DNA of 59,389 nucleotides, the filler included, from Dugesia japonica (taxonomy: Eukaryota), in the NCBI GenBank assembly GCA_001938525.1. It is 6 parts of 6 records of this genome, joined end to end, with 100 filler letters (N's around TTAATTAATTAA, not from the genome) between each part and the next. Parts side by side here need not be neighbours in the genome. Positions count along the whole stretch, not along the records: positions 39,809 to 50,961 come from MQRL01598378.1; positions 51,062 to 59,389 come from MQRL01597361.1; 4 more parts are not named here. One strand, given 5' to 3'. This document shows positions 49,101 through 59,389 of this stretch, in pieces. The notes under the pieces are model-generated. The model saw only the letters and a program-made list of their open reading frames with translations. It was not told the DNA's origin and ran no database searches. Position numbers and translations under genes: made by a program. The stretch's first letter is position 1. Each line of letters starts with the position of its first letter.

Positions 49101-50754
49101 TAACGAAGCTATTCTGCGTTATATGCGTTCTTTTCATCAAACTCTACTGAAGAATTTTCTGGAATGTCAAAGAGACTTAAATACAAGTTCTTTCTAGAGG
49201 ATTTAACTTTAATGATTGACATGCTTGAGGAATTCTCTTTATTGTCAACTGCACTTCTAGCTAGAAATATAAATATTATAGGAGGATTCATTTAATATAA
49301 AAGCTTTGATCAAAATTTAGGTTTTAATTATTGTTATTGGATAACAAATCGATATCAATAATTAAAACCTAAATTTTGATCAAAGCTTTTATATTAAATG
49401 AATTCTTTAAAACGATCAATGGTTAAGTCCAACAATTATTCTCGTAATAATTGCAATTGTAAAATTATAAGAGGAGATCAATAGATTCTAAGGTATCGTT
49501 GTGGTCATTATCAAAAAAAGTGGATGAAGTTATAAAGTCTGAAGCATTTAAAAAATTATATTAGTTGANNNNNNNNNNNNNNNNNNNNNNNNNNNNNNNN
49601 NNNNNNNNNNNNNNNNNNAATAGATTTTCACAAGTAATTTTTTCTTATATTTTATTTATTCCTAAATATACCTTAGTTCCTGAAGAAGGCTAAAACTTTT
49701 TTAAATAAAAATATTTTGTTCAAAACGTATTTAAATATTCCTTATTTATTTTGAAGTTAATGAAATCTTGTTGTCCTAGTTTATATAATTTAAAATATTT
49801 TTCGGTTCCTGGAACAAAATCGTTTTAAGAACCACTTGTTCAGAGTATGATTTGATGAAAAAATAATCTCAGTAAATATTCTTTCATCAATAATGAAAGA
49901 TTAAAAAATTTAATCAGAATTAATGCCAATATAATTGTAGGAATTAAAATTCTTTAAAAAAAACCGAATTTTTCATTCTTATATTTTCTAGTATGATTGA
50001 ATTTATTATTAAAAATCATGAGAATTAAACTACTAAATTTCGGTGTTTGTTTATTTGAAATAATTAGTTTAAATTGGTAGTTTAAGATATAAATTTCAGC
50101 TTGACATATAAACGACTATATGATCAGATAATCTCTGACGAAATTGATTTGTTGTCTTAATTTAACTGTTAAGTGATTTTTTGATGAAAGACTTCTTTTG
50201 AAAATTCGGATAACTAACGAAAATAAAGTAAACTAAATGTTTTTTATTTGTTAATTTTTTTATTAAAATTATTGAAAACTAAAAATCTACATAAAGTTTT
50301 TTAGTTAAGAAAAAATTCTTTAGTCTTACCGTTGATCTTGAAGTCTTTTGTATTGCCGTCTCATTAGGTATCCTCTTATTTGTGCTTGGAACATCGATAT
50401 CAATGATGACAATTTTTCATCTCTCAGATCTTCAAGTTGAGCCAGTGTACCAGCTTTGAAAAAAACTTTGGTATTACCCAATCGATAAAGATTTTTGTCC
50501 AATTGAATAGCACTAAGAATTTTATCAGTGACCATTTTGCCTTCAACAAATCCTTGTGGAATTGCATTCGGAGCCAAAATTGAATATCTTTAAAATCTTA
50601 ACTTCAATAACATGTTATAAAAGGTAGATTTATCACCGTTGTTTAAATTCTGAGTAGATCATTCTGTTTGGAAATCCCTTTCTGCAAATCCTAATACCTT
50701 CTAATACACCGTTACAATGAAGCTGATGCATAACCAAATGAGCATCAACAACTC
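40782..50754 (-). CDS. Mhc: Muscle (striated-type) myosin II heavy chain, SH1 helix to tailpiece, 15 exons; 5' motor exons absent
   Basis: GT-AG exons 50754-50637, 50587-50330, 47684-47171, 47123-46962, 46914-46367, 46314-46236, 45551-45306, 45253-45017, 44964-44655, 42359-42178, 42125-41859, 41812-41567, 41519-41367, 41313-41122, 41063-40782. Motifs [28 protein letters not shown] motifs, [12 protein letters not shown], heptad rod, [14 protein letters not shown]. Confidence 0.97.
43260..44460 (+). mobile_element. Mutator-like (MULE) transposase remnant in a myosin intron
   Basis: [22 protein letters not shown] (F.DGTFK..QLYT motif), a relic IDFE and a C-terminal IWKFID-like segment; heavily disrupted. 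Confidence 0.7.
47778..48013. mobile_element. Asymmetric palindromic Penelope-type insertion, copy 2, with two back-to-back hammerhead cores
   Basis: Fold-back centred at ~47923; degenerate TSD AAGTATGTAAGAATT (47763-47777) / AAGTAACTAAGAATT (48014-48028). Confidence 0.75.
47891..47921 (-). ncRNA. Minimal hammerhead ribozyme core
   Basis: Minus strand UUC-CUGACGA-A-GAC(AAA)GUC-GAA-AAUU-A-GAA; a degenerate mirror copy lies on the plus strand at 47926-47960. Confidence 0.6.
48440..49570 (+). mobile_element. hAT-family (KIAA1586/ZNF862-like) transposase remnant in a myosin intron
   Basis: [41 protein letters not shown] and [16 protein letters not shown] resemble this family; internally deleted and interrupted by palindrome copy 3. 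Confidence 0.6.
49287..49463. mobile_element. Asymmetric palindromic Penelope-type insertion, copy 3 (opposite orientation, ribozyme truncated)
   Basis: Near-perfect inverted arms; TSD ATTATAGGAGGA (49275-49286) / ATTATAAGAGGA (49464-49475); the centre keeps only the 3' side of the hammerhead (GATAACAAATCGATAT). Confidence 0.75.
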
Positions 50755-50961
50755 CTGCATTAAGATAAATAATTGTTTTTAATTAATAAAATTTTATATA
50801 TATTTTTACATTTCTCAAATCATAATTATACCATGTAACATAAAACTAAGAAGTTCAACGAATTTTAAAATAGTTTTAAAAATTCACAATTAAGCTAATA
50901 GTGTAATTCTAATATTTATTAAATAAAAATCATAAAATATTAAAATCAAAACAAATAAAAT

Positions 50962-51061
50962 NNNNNNNNNNNNNNNNNNNNNNNNNNNNNNNNNNNNNNN
51001 NNNNNTTAATTAATTAANNNNNNNNNNNNNNNNNNNNNNNNNNNNNNNNNNNNNNNNNNNN
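50962..51061. other. Artificial scaffold linker
   Basis: N44-TTAATTAATTAA-N44. Confidence 0.95.
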
Positions 51062-51817
51062 TTCATTTTATAATAATTATTGTTAATAATATTAAATTAA
51101 TTCAAATTTACTTGAATCTAGTAGTTCTTGTGACTCTGATACTTGGATGAAAATTGCAGTAATTAAAATTATTTGAAAAAATAATAATAGATATTTTCTA
51201 CAAGGAACGTCGTTCATAGCTCAATTTATATATATTTTTCGATAATATTACTTCTTATATTTAGTATTTAAACCAATAATAGTTGGAAATTTATTGGTTG
51301 TTTTCCATTTGTCAGTTTTTGTTTTATTTGATTTACGCGTTATGAAAATATTAATTAGAAATTTCTGTTAAAATGCACAATCTTCTCATTTCGATTGTTT
51401 TAAATAATTAGCTTTTATTAGTATATGATAGATGGTTTTCTATTTACTAATTTTCGTTTAACACTTTATGAATAGGTTTCTAAGTGGTGAAATCGTTTTA
51501 TTTTTTGAAATACGACAATTGCTGAGCAGTTATGAAGAGCGAGACCCAATCAGTAGGAGTAAATGTAGAATATCAATAAGTTTAAGCGGAAAACAGAAAA
51601 AAGCCTACCAGTAATGCTACAACATTTTAATGAAAAATGTAGTCAGAACTTTTATTATTTATTCATTCTTAATCGTGTTTTATATTCTGGGTGGCACAAA
51701 AGTCTCTCACGACAGAAAAGTTTAAGAAAAAAGGTAAAATATGTTTATATGATTTATCGTATTTCTTGTTATGTTTGTAAGCAGTCAAAAAATCTTTGAA
51801 AACTTCGTTTGATTATT

Positions 51818-51939
51818 ATTTCTATACTGTAATACTAATAATTTCTATACTGTAATACTATTAATTTCTATACTGTAATACTATTAATTTCTATACTGTA
51901 ATACTATTAATTTCTATACTGTAATACTATTAATTTCTA
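51818..51939 (+). repeat. 23-bp tandem repeat x5.3 (ATTTCTATACTGTAATACTATTA)
   Basis: Near-identical units starting at 51818, 51841, 51864, 51887 and 51910. Confidence 0.92.
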
Positions 51940-52460
51940 AATTATGAAAACTAACAGTTTATTACAATAAATGTCCAAATTGTTGACCTTGAACCTCGAA
52001 ATAACTTTTGAAGTCGGTGTTCACAAAAGTCTGAACATTCTGCAACACTTGGATATTTATCTTCAAGCATTCTAATATTATTCTTTCTTTCAAATCTAAG
52101 ACTTTCGTAAAACGATCTAAACACATACCGAAATTCAGGTAGCCCCATAGAAAGAAGTCGATAGTCGTAAAGTCTGGAGGCATATGTGGCTATTCTACAG
52201 CACAACGCCCCCCAATCTATTTATTTAGAAATTAAATATTCAAAAAGTCTCAAACGACGTAAGAAAATGTAGGGGTTAACCCTTATGCATGAACCACATA
52301 TTCGCTCAGTTTTGCAATTGACACCAGTTCAAAATAGGTATTAAGAATGTCTGTAACATAAATTAGCTTTCTACCAATGACATTAACTGCAAACAAAGTT
52401 TAAACTGATAAGCTGTTCACTCTACAAGGTGGCCCACACCATTACTTTACATTTATGTTG

Positions 52461-54534
52461 TGTTTTGATGTTTTAATATCCAACATAAAAATTTTATGAA
52501 AAGTTTCATAAAAATTTTATGTATTAATAATGGAAGAAATTTTAAATAAAAAAAAGAAACTAATTAAAACAAAAATTTGTATAATATTACTATTTTGTAT
52601 TAGAATAAATTTTTCATTTTATTTTCTTATAACTTATTGATAAATATTTACAGATGGAAACTGGAGAAAATATAACATTGGCTAATATGGCGTTCCACGC
52701 AAGTGCGACAAAAGACCGGCTCGTAGAAGCTTTGAGGCCAAAAGCATATAGAAAATGAGATGACGTTGAGAATTTTATAGTCGAATGCCGAAATTATTTT
52801 GATGCAGCTAACTTAACCAAGAGTACCAGTGAACTGGTAATTGTATTTGAACAGGATAATAAATTGAGGCGAAGATTCAAAAAAACCAATGAAGGACAGG
52901 GTTACGAAGATAGACTAAGACGTTTAGTCATCAAAGAAAATTCATTTGTAAAGAATATCAAAAGTGTATTGTCATTGTAATCGTTTCTGACATTATCTAT
53001 ACGGTATACGATTCATCCTACGAATAATTCATAAGGCGTCAATTTTCATGATAAAGACAAAGAAACCAATGACAGCACAGTTTCAAAACTGGATAAACTA
53101 CTTAAGTAGTTTGGATATGGATATTCATTACAGAATAAGAGAGCACATTCTAATGCCGAAATTATATCCAGAATAAAGTGCGAAACTTGCGTACAATGTG
53201 AAACGCAACACAAATAGGCCATGACAGATAAAACACGAATACGATTACAACGAATACGGAGTTCAAATGGCAGAAGGACAATGTTGGAAAAAAAAGATAT
53301 AATAAGGAACATCAACGAAGGCAAAAGTTCAGAATAAACAATTAAAAAGGTATAGTCCGACCAAAAAGCTACAAAATATTGATTCCAAAAGAGAAACGAT
53401 CAGAATGTATAAAGGAAATTCACACCCTACTAATGAACGCTGATCAAGAAAAGATATTATATTATATTATAAGTGGATATACTGAATAAGCGCGAAATAG
53501 AACAGAGACAATAAAAATTCGGAGATTGCCAAAGAAATAAAATATACACATCAATAACAAAAGAAGAGAAAATAACACTGGAAACTAACCATGTATTTGA
53601 AAACATCTATATCGTCGTATGTATTTCAAAGAGATACTACAAAGAAAGAAATACAGACTAGCCATAATAGATCACTATAGTAAATATATATCATTGTCGG
53701 CCATAGGAAGACAGGATGAGAAAACCATGAGCAAGATAATCAGGGGAAAATGGATCCTAAGGCTCGGAGCACCAAAGTAGATACATATTGATTACGGGAA
53801 GAACTTAGAATCAAAGGCGTTCAAGGATATTGCATGCAGAATGGGCATATAACTATGTTACTCGAGCCTATACCACAACGGGACAAATTGCTTGGTTGAG
53901 ATACAATTCAGAACCGTTAGGAACAGCATGAATTCATCTGGAAAAGCAAATTGGGACGAAAAGATTCCGGAATTAGAGTTCATGATAAACGTCACATATC
54001 AAAGGATAATTAAAACCAGTCCAGCTGCCATGGTTTACAGAAAATAGATTCAAGGAGAACGATGAATTGATCATGGAGAAGTAGAAAAGAAGTGGATAAG
54101 TGGGAAATTGTACCCAACTCGTGGAGCCTTCAAAATCGGTCAGAAAGTACTGGTGAAAAACAAAGTATGGTCAAAGAACAATGGAAGATACGATGGCCCA
54201 TACGATATAAAGGAAAATATCTATTAAAAATTGTGCAGAAGAAGAAGACAATGAATGAAGAGCAATATACAGAAATATGGAAAAGCTAAAATTTCTTAAA
54301 GAAGGGAAATGTTAGGATGTTTTAATATCCACCATAAATTTTTTGAAAAGTTTCAATAAAGTTTTATGTATTAATAATGGAAGAAATTTCAAATAAAAAA
54401 AGAAAATAATTAAATCAAATAATTTTTTTAATATTATTATTTTCTATTAGAATAAAGTTTTCTGATAACTTATTTACTTATAACTTTTTAATAAATATAT
54501 ATGGAAATTCGAAAAAATATAGCAGTGGCTAATA
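52461..54534 (+). mobile_element. Internally deleted Ty3/gypsy element 2 with both LTRs and a 5-bp TSD
   Basis: LTRs 52461-52687 and 54310-54534; TSD TGTTG (52456-52460 / 54535-54539); PBS-like TGGCGTTCC at 52688; PPT AAAGAAGGGAAA 54298-54309; gag N-terminus joined to the RNase H end and integrase (GPY); no protease or RT. Confidence 0.92.
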
Positions 54535-55299
54535 TGTTGAAAATGAGTTGTTTTCATCTAATGTTGGTTTCCATCAGACTAATAACGTGTATTATGTCTG
54601 AGGTGAATAGTCGCTTCGTAACTCAAAAAATGTTAGACATGAGGTTTCGCTGTTTCTGGAACCATTGTCAGAATTCCATACAATGATCCGTTTCATGCAA
54701 TAACACTAGAATATTATAAAATCATTGACTACGAGAACGCTCATATTATAATGGGTTTGATATTAAATTTATGATTCAGTACTGAAACTTCTACTGCTTT
54801 GGCTTATTAATAATCAAGATACTTAAATATAAAATGCAAGTGGTGGATAAGAAGGCTACGCCTTAGATTGCTTCTCAATCATAAAGAAAATCTTAATCAT
54901 TCCTATTTTAATAATTTGTCATAAAATGCCTCATCAAATTTATTTTTAATATTGACTAAATAAGAAACGATACACAAATGATGAGAAAGCCTTGTTAATC
55001 ATGTAATTATTAAACACTTTTTTTGATAAATTCAAAATATCGAGTAGCCGTATCTTCACTGAAAACATATAATCCAACACATTCGTAGAAAAACACATGT
55101 AAGTAAAACATCCCAACGAAACGGATGTATATAATATCAGAGATATGTTCATAACTAGTTGTATAAACTGGTGCAAAAATTAAAACAAATCAAGTCAATC
55201 TGAATAAATTACAAATATGTACAGTTGGAAATTGATATGATCTTGAAGTTTTGTTTATATATTTAGGTGTGAATAATAAATATAATTTCAAAATTTAAG

Positions 55300-58200
55300 A
55301 TGTCTGTTATTACTGATTTAACTGGTGACTGCTGCCATGTCAACTCAATATCAAGAAATCAAGCAGCAGAAGCAAAAATAATTTACAAACTGTTATTTCC
55401 AAGAATAACAAAATTCTCAGGAAATTATGATGAAAATCCAAATGCGTGGTTGAAAGGAATTGAGACGTTCTCAGCCACAAATAACTTCGACCTCATGTCA
55501 ACTTTCGATTTCTTATTAGATGGCGACGAGAAGGATTTATGGCTAGCTTGCAAAGCTCGAATCAAAATGGACGATAAATCAACGAGAGATTGGTTCAAAT
55601 TAAAGTTCGTCAAAGATAAATCTTTTTTACAAAGGATTGAAGAATTCAGTATAATCAGTCAAAAGACTGATAAAAGATATAAAACCTTTGAATTACGAGT
55701 TACAAGTGCTCTGAAGGAAATATTCGAATCCGAATTATCAATGGAAGAAATTGTGAAGCAAGTAATTTAGAAAAGAGTAAAATCTCATTTTGAATGCTGA
55801 TGATATGCGACAGTTAGCTGAAAATTATGAAAAAAAACGATGACATTGAGGAAAAGTTATCAGTCAATAAATTATCATATTCTGAAGTGGTAGCAGCTAA
55901 TTACCGCTCAATGTCAAAGAGGATGGATGCAGGAAAAATTAACGATCGGAATTACATGCGAATTCCGGATTGGCCAATGACATCAAGTCCAGATCCTGTT
56001 GTTAATGATCCAGAAAGAAATTCTCAAGTTCAATGCCAAAAGCAAATCCAGGGAAACTCGCCGACAACATCCATGAAGTTCATTGTCAGAAAACTGTATA
56101 ATCAATACAAAGGTTTTCAACTTCCAAAAGAATAGATCTTGAGATCCGGTATGTGTTTTTGTTGTGGTTCAATGAGACATTTCCGTAATAATTGTCGTTT
56201 AAAAGATTTTTCTTTAATTTGTGGAAAATTTGGACATAATTTTGGAAGTTGTAGACTGCTTGGGAAATATTACCACAGAAACGATGTTAGATGTATTGTG
56301 GATGAAACTAGTGAAAAAAATGCTATAGATGTAATTTGCGATGAATCGCTTTAAGTAGAGCATGATGAGAACTATTTAACCGAGAAGAACTTCGCGGTTA
56401 CAATTTCGTCTGTGGAGTCAAGACAGTAAGAACAAATCAAAATCGAAATTTAAACGTAGAAGATGAGATGTATGTGAAGATCGAAGGAAGAATTTGGAGT
56501 GTAGTTAAAGTGAATGGTAGAGATGTGGAAATGTTATGGGACACAGGAGCATCGATTTCAGTAATGGGTATGAATGCTTGGAAAAATGTGGTTAGTTTCC
56601 ATTGGAAAATTCAGAGATAAAATTGAAAGGAGTATTTTCTAAGGAAGCCGTTAAATGCTTAGACTTCGGAAAAGTGAAAATTGAATACCATAATATGATC
56701 GAAACTGTCAATTTGGTGATAGTATATAGTATAAGCCCAGAGTTCATTATTAGAATATACATGTTCAAAGCTTTTAATAGTCAATTAAAGTTGATTGAGT
56801 TAATCGAATTAGATATTGTAATGTGTGATAGTTTAAGAGTCACTATTGACGTTTTAAAACCAAGAGACGACACCTTGAAAAAATTGTTAACGCGTTTAAC
56901 CTCAATATTCATGGCGCATACGTTTGATTTTGGTAAAACACACCTAGTTAAACATTCTATCCAAACAACGAAAAATCCTGTCTTACAACAGCCAAGACGG
57001 CAACCAATGCATCTAGAAAGCAAGATTGGTGACATAATTGAAACACTTATCAAACGCGGTATCATAAAAGAATGCAGTAGCCCGTGGAATTCACCCATGT
57101 TAATTGTTAACAAAAAGAATGGAGCTATTTGTATGTTTCAGGATTTCAGATTATTGAATGAAGCAACTGAATAGTTTTCAATTCCTATGCCAGATTCTCA
57201 AATGTTATTAGATTATTTTATTGAGTGTAACATATTCTCAATACTAGATATAGGCCGAGCGTATTATCAAGTCGAACTAGGAGAGAAGGATAAAATTAAA
57301 ACCGCGTTTTTTACAAAGAAAAGCCAGTACGGCTTTAATCGCATGCCATTCGGCCTATCAACCGCTCCACCTACGTTTCAAAAATTAATGCATACAATTT
57401 TGTCAGATATTCTTTTTAAAAGCGTCGTAGTTTATATAAATGATATTCTAATCTTTGCAAAAAATTGGAAGGAACATGATCGCATTCTATCAGAAGTATT
57501 TCAAAAAATTCAAACCTCTGGTCTTAAAGTAAATACAGCCAAATGTAAACTTTATCAAAAGGGGTCGTGTTTTTGGGTCATACAATAAACAAATTTGGAT
57601 TATAACCATATTCGGAGAAAGTCAAAGAGATTGTTAATGTTGGAATTCCAAAATGTACTAAACAATTGCGATCTTTTCTTGAAATGGCAAATTATTACAG
57701 GAAATTTATAAAGAATTTTTTTCAACTTGCTACACCTTTATATGCTGCTACAGAAGATCAAAGGCACGAGATAATGTGGTCAAAAGAATGCAAGACGAGT
57801 TTCGGGAAAATCAAGAAAGCTCCTTGTAATTCTCCAGTACTGCGGTATCTTAATTCAGAAGGTCAATTTATTCAGGATACTGAAACCAGTTTTTTGGGAA
57901 TTGCTGCTGTGCTAAGCCAATCACACAACGTTATGGAGGTTGTTATAGCATATGAATCAAGGTTGCTGAACGCACATGAAAAAGGATATTTTGTAATCAG
58001 GAAGGAGTTATTAGGTCTTTATGAATTCATTCGACATTTTGGACATTATCTTTATGGGAAAAGTTTTGTCGCAAGAACCGATTACAAAGCTTTAGAGTTA
58101 CTAAAGAATTCAAAAAAACCAATTACACCACAGTTTCAGACTTGGATGAACGAAATATTACAATTTGATTTGGTATTAAAGTATAGAAAAGGGGAACATC

Positions 58201-59389
58201 ATTCCAATGCTGACTTTATGTCAAGACTGAAGTCCAGTTATTGTTTACAATGAGACTGAACATGAAAATTCCAAGTCTACATCGTCTAAGGTAAAATATT
58301 TAAATGTAATGAACGTTTTCAGAAGTGATTCACACAATTTCATAAAAGAATTTAAAGAAGACGAATTATTTAAGGATATCAAAATTCATATGATGGACAA
58401 ATCAGTTAAATTATCAGAAACATTATCAAACTTCCCAGTATTTTAAATATTTAGATAGATTTTTAATTGAAGACGATATGATGTTAATTGAGTCAGATGA
58501 TGAGCAAAAGATAGTGGTTCCCAAAAGATGCGTAACTAATTTTGTCAAAAAAATTTATAGAGATTTATGCCATGTTGGAATAAAGAAAACAACAAAATAT
58601 GTATTTGATTATTTCTTCTGGTCGAATATGATTACGGATATTCAGAATGCAATCAGAGAATGTCATTTTTGTATGCACAGGAAAATTAGTAGTGAGAAAG
58701 TTTAGGAAAAATTAATACCAAGATACGCAGCTAACCCGATGGAACAAATCGTGATAGATGTTGTATATGTATAACAGTAAATCCAACAAAAAATACATGA
58801 TAGTCATAATTGATCAGTTCAGTAAGTTAGTTAGTCTACCACAAATGAAAACGAAAACACGATCAAAAGTGCATTGTTAAATAACTGGATTAACAAATAT
58901 GAAAAACCTAAACGCATTGTTTCTAATCGAGGAAGAGTGTTTGAAGGAAAGATTTAACAATAGTTCGCTTCAAGATTTCATATTTCGTGGATATTAACAT
59001 CTCCCCAAGAACATAAGTCAAATGGTTTAGCAGAACGTGCAATTAGAACTGTCAGAAATATGTTAGTAACATCTTTGAAATCTGGAGGAGAGGAGAAGTG
59101 TTGGGATAAAATTCTTCCAAAAGTTGAGTTTTCATTCAATTGCAAGATATCAAAGGCGACAGGATTCTCTCTGATGGAAGTTATCTATGGAAGGAGAATT
59201 AATATTCATTAAACTAAAGAATTCAAGAGTAACCGTAAAGAAGTTCTGGAAAAGGCCGAAAGTAACTTGAACGCAACTTCGAACAAAAGGATGAATCAAG
59301 AAGGAAACCGAGTTGTAAAGGAATTTAAAGTTGGAGATAACGTTCTGGTAAAGAGAGATCCCTCAAAACGAAAGAAAAACGATTTTATA
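55300..59389 (+). mobile_element. Decayed Ty3/gypsy retrotransposon 3 (gag-pro-RT-RNase H-integrase), runs off the window end
   Basis: CFCCGSMRHFRNNC knuckle; LWDTGASIS; SPWNSP, RMPFGL, VYINDILIF; DTETS..TDYKAL; LCHVG..CHFC; NGLAER; FKVGDNVLVK; scattered stops and frameshifts. Confidence 0.93.

Larger units (their letters stand above)
51683..54700 (-). mobile_element. rosa/DD41D-like Tc1-mariner transposon split by an LTR element
   Basis: MEF*QWF, FLSYEATIHL, HNTRY*SDGNQH (right of the insertion); KVMVWA, WFMHKG, *IGGR..PPDFTTIDFFLWGYL (left); TIR-like TATTCTGGGTGGCACAAAA at ~51683. Confidence 0.8.

Noticed and set aside
47778-49463. One composite transposon with long TIRs enclosing the hAT remnant
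   Set aside because: Each palindrome has its own distinct target duplication and the hAT sequence continues beyond copy 3, so these are independent insertions.
51818-51939. CRISPR-like array
   Set aside because: Head-to-tail 23-bp units without unique spacers, in a eukaryotic context.
54900-55200. Possible Penelope GIY-YIG tail with hammerhead relic (TTGATGAGGCAT..ATGACAAA, minus strand)
   Set aside because: The core lacks GAAA and helix I, and the protein similarity is too weak. Other partial cores near 15841, 42945 and 49680 also fail.

Overview
AT-rich animal genomic DNA, most likely from a planarian flatworm (inference from the myosin rod sequence, ~45-56 nt introns and (AAT)n tracts). 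The window is six pieces joined by five identical artificial 100-bp spacers (N44-TTAATTAATTAA-N44), so adjacency across spacers cannot be trusted. Two partial host genes are present, both on the minus strand: the 3' end of DDX54/DBP10 (3 exons) and 15 exons of a muscle myosin II heavy chain. The rest is mostly decayed mobile DNA: two Polinton/adintovirus-type protein-primed PolB relics, three Ty3/gypsy elements, mariner, rosa-like Tc1, Tigger, MULE and hAT remnants, and a piggyBac MITE. The most interesting observations are: (i) three ~180-240 bp asymmetric palindromic insertions with 12-15 bp target duplications, two of which carry minimal hammerhead ribozyme cores (Penelope-type); (ii) a cluster of orphan small ORFs behind splice acceptors, one with a collinear diverged homologue (MSWELY family) in another piece; (iii) Ty3/gypsy elements whose gag appears to start inside the LTR and which carry a CxxCxxCxxxH motif after RNase H. 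All calls come from reading and translating by eye; no searches were run, and coordinates of decayed elements are approximate.
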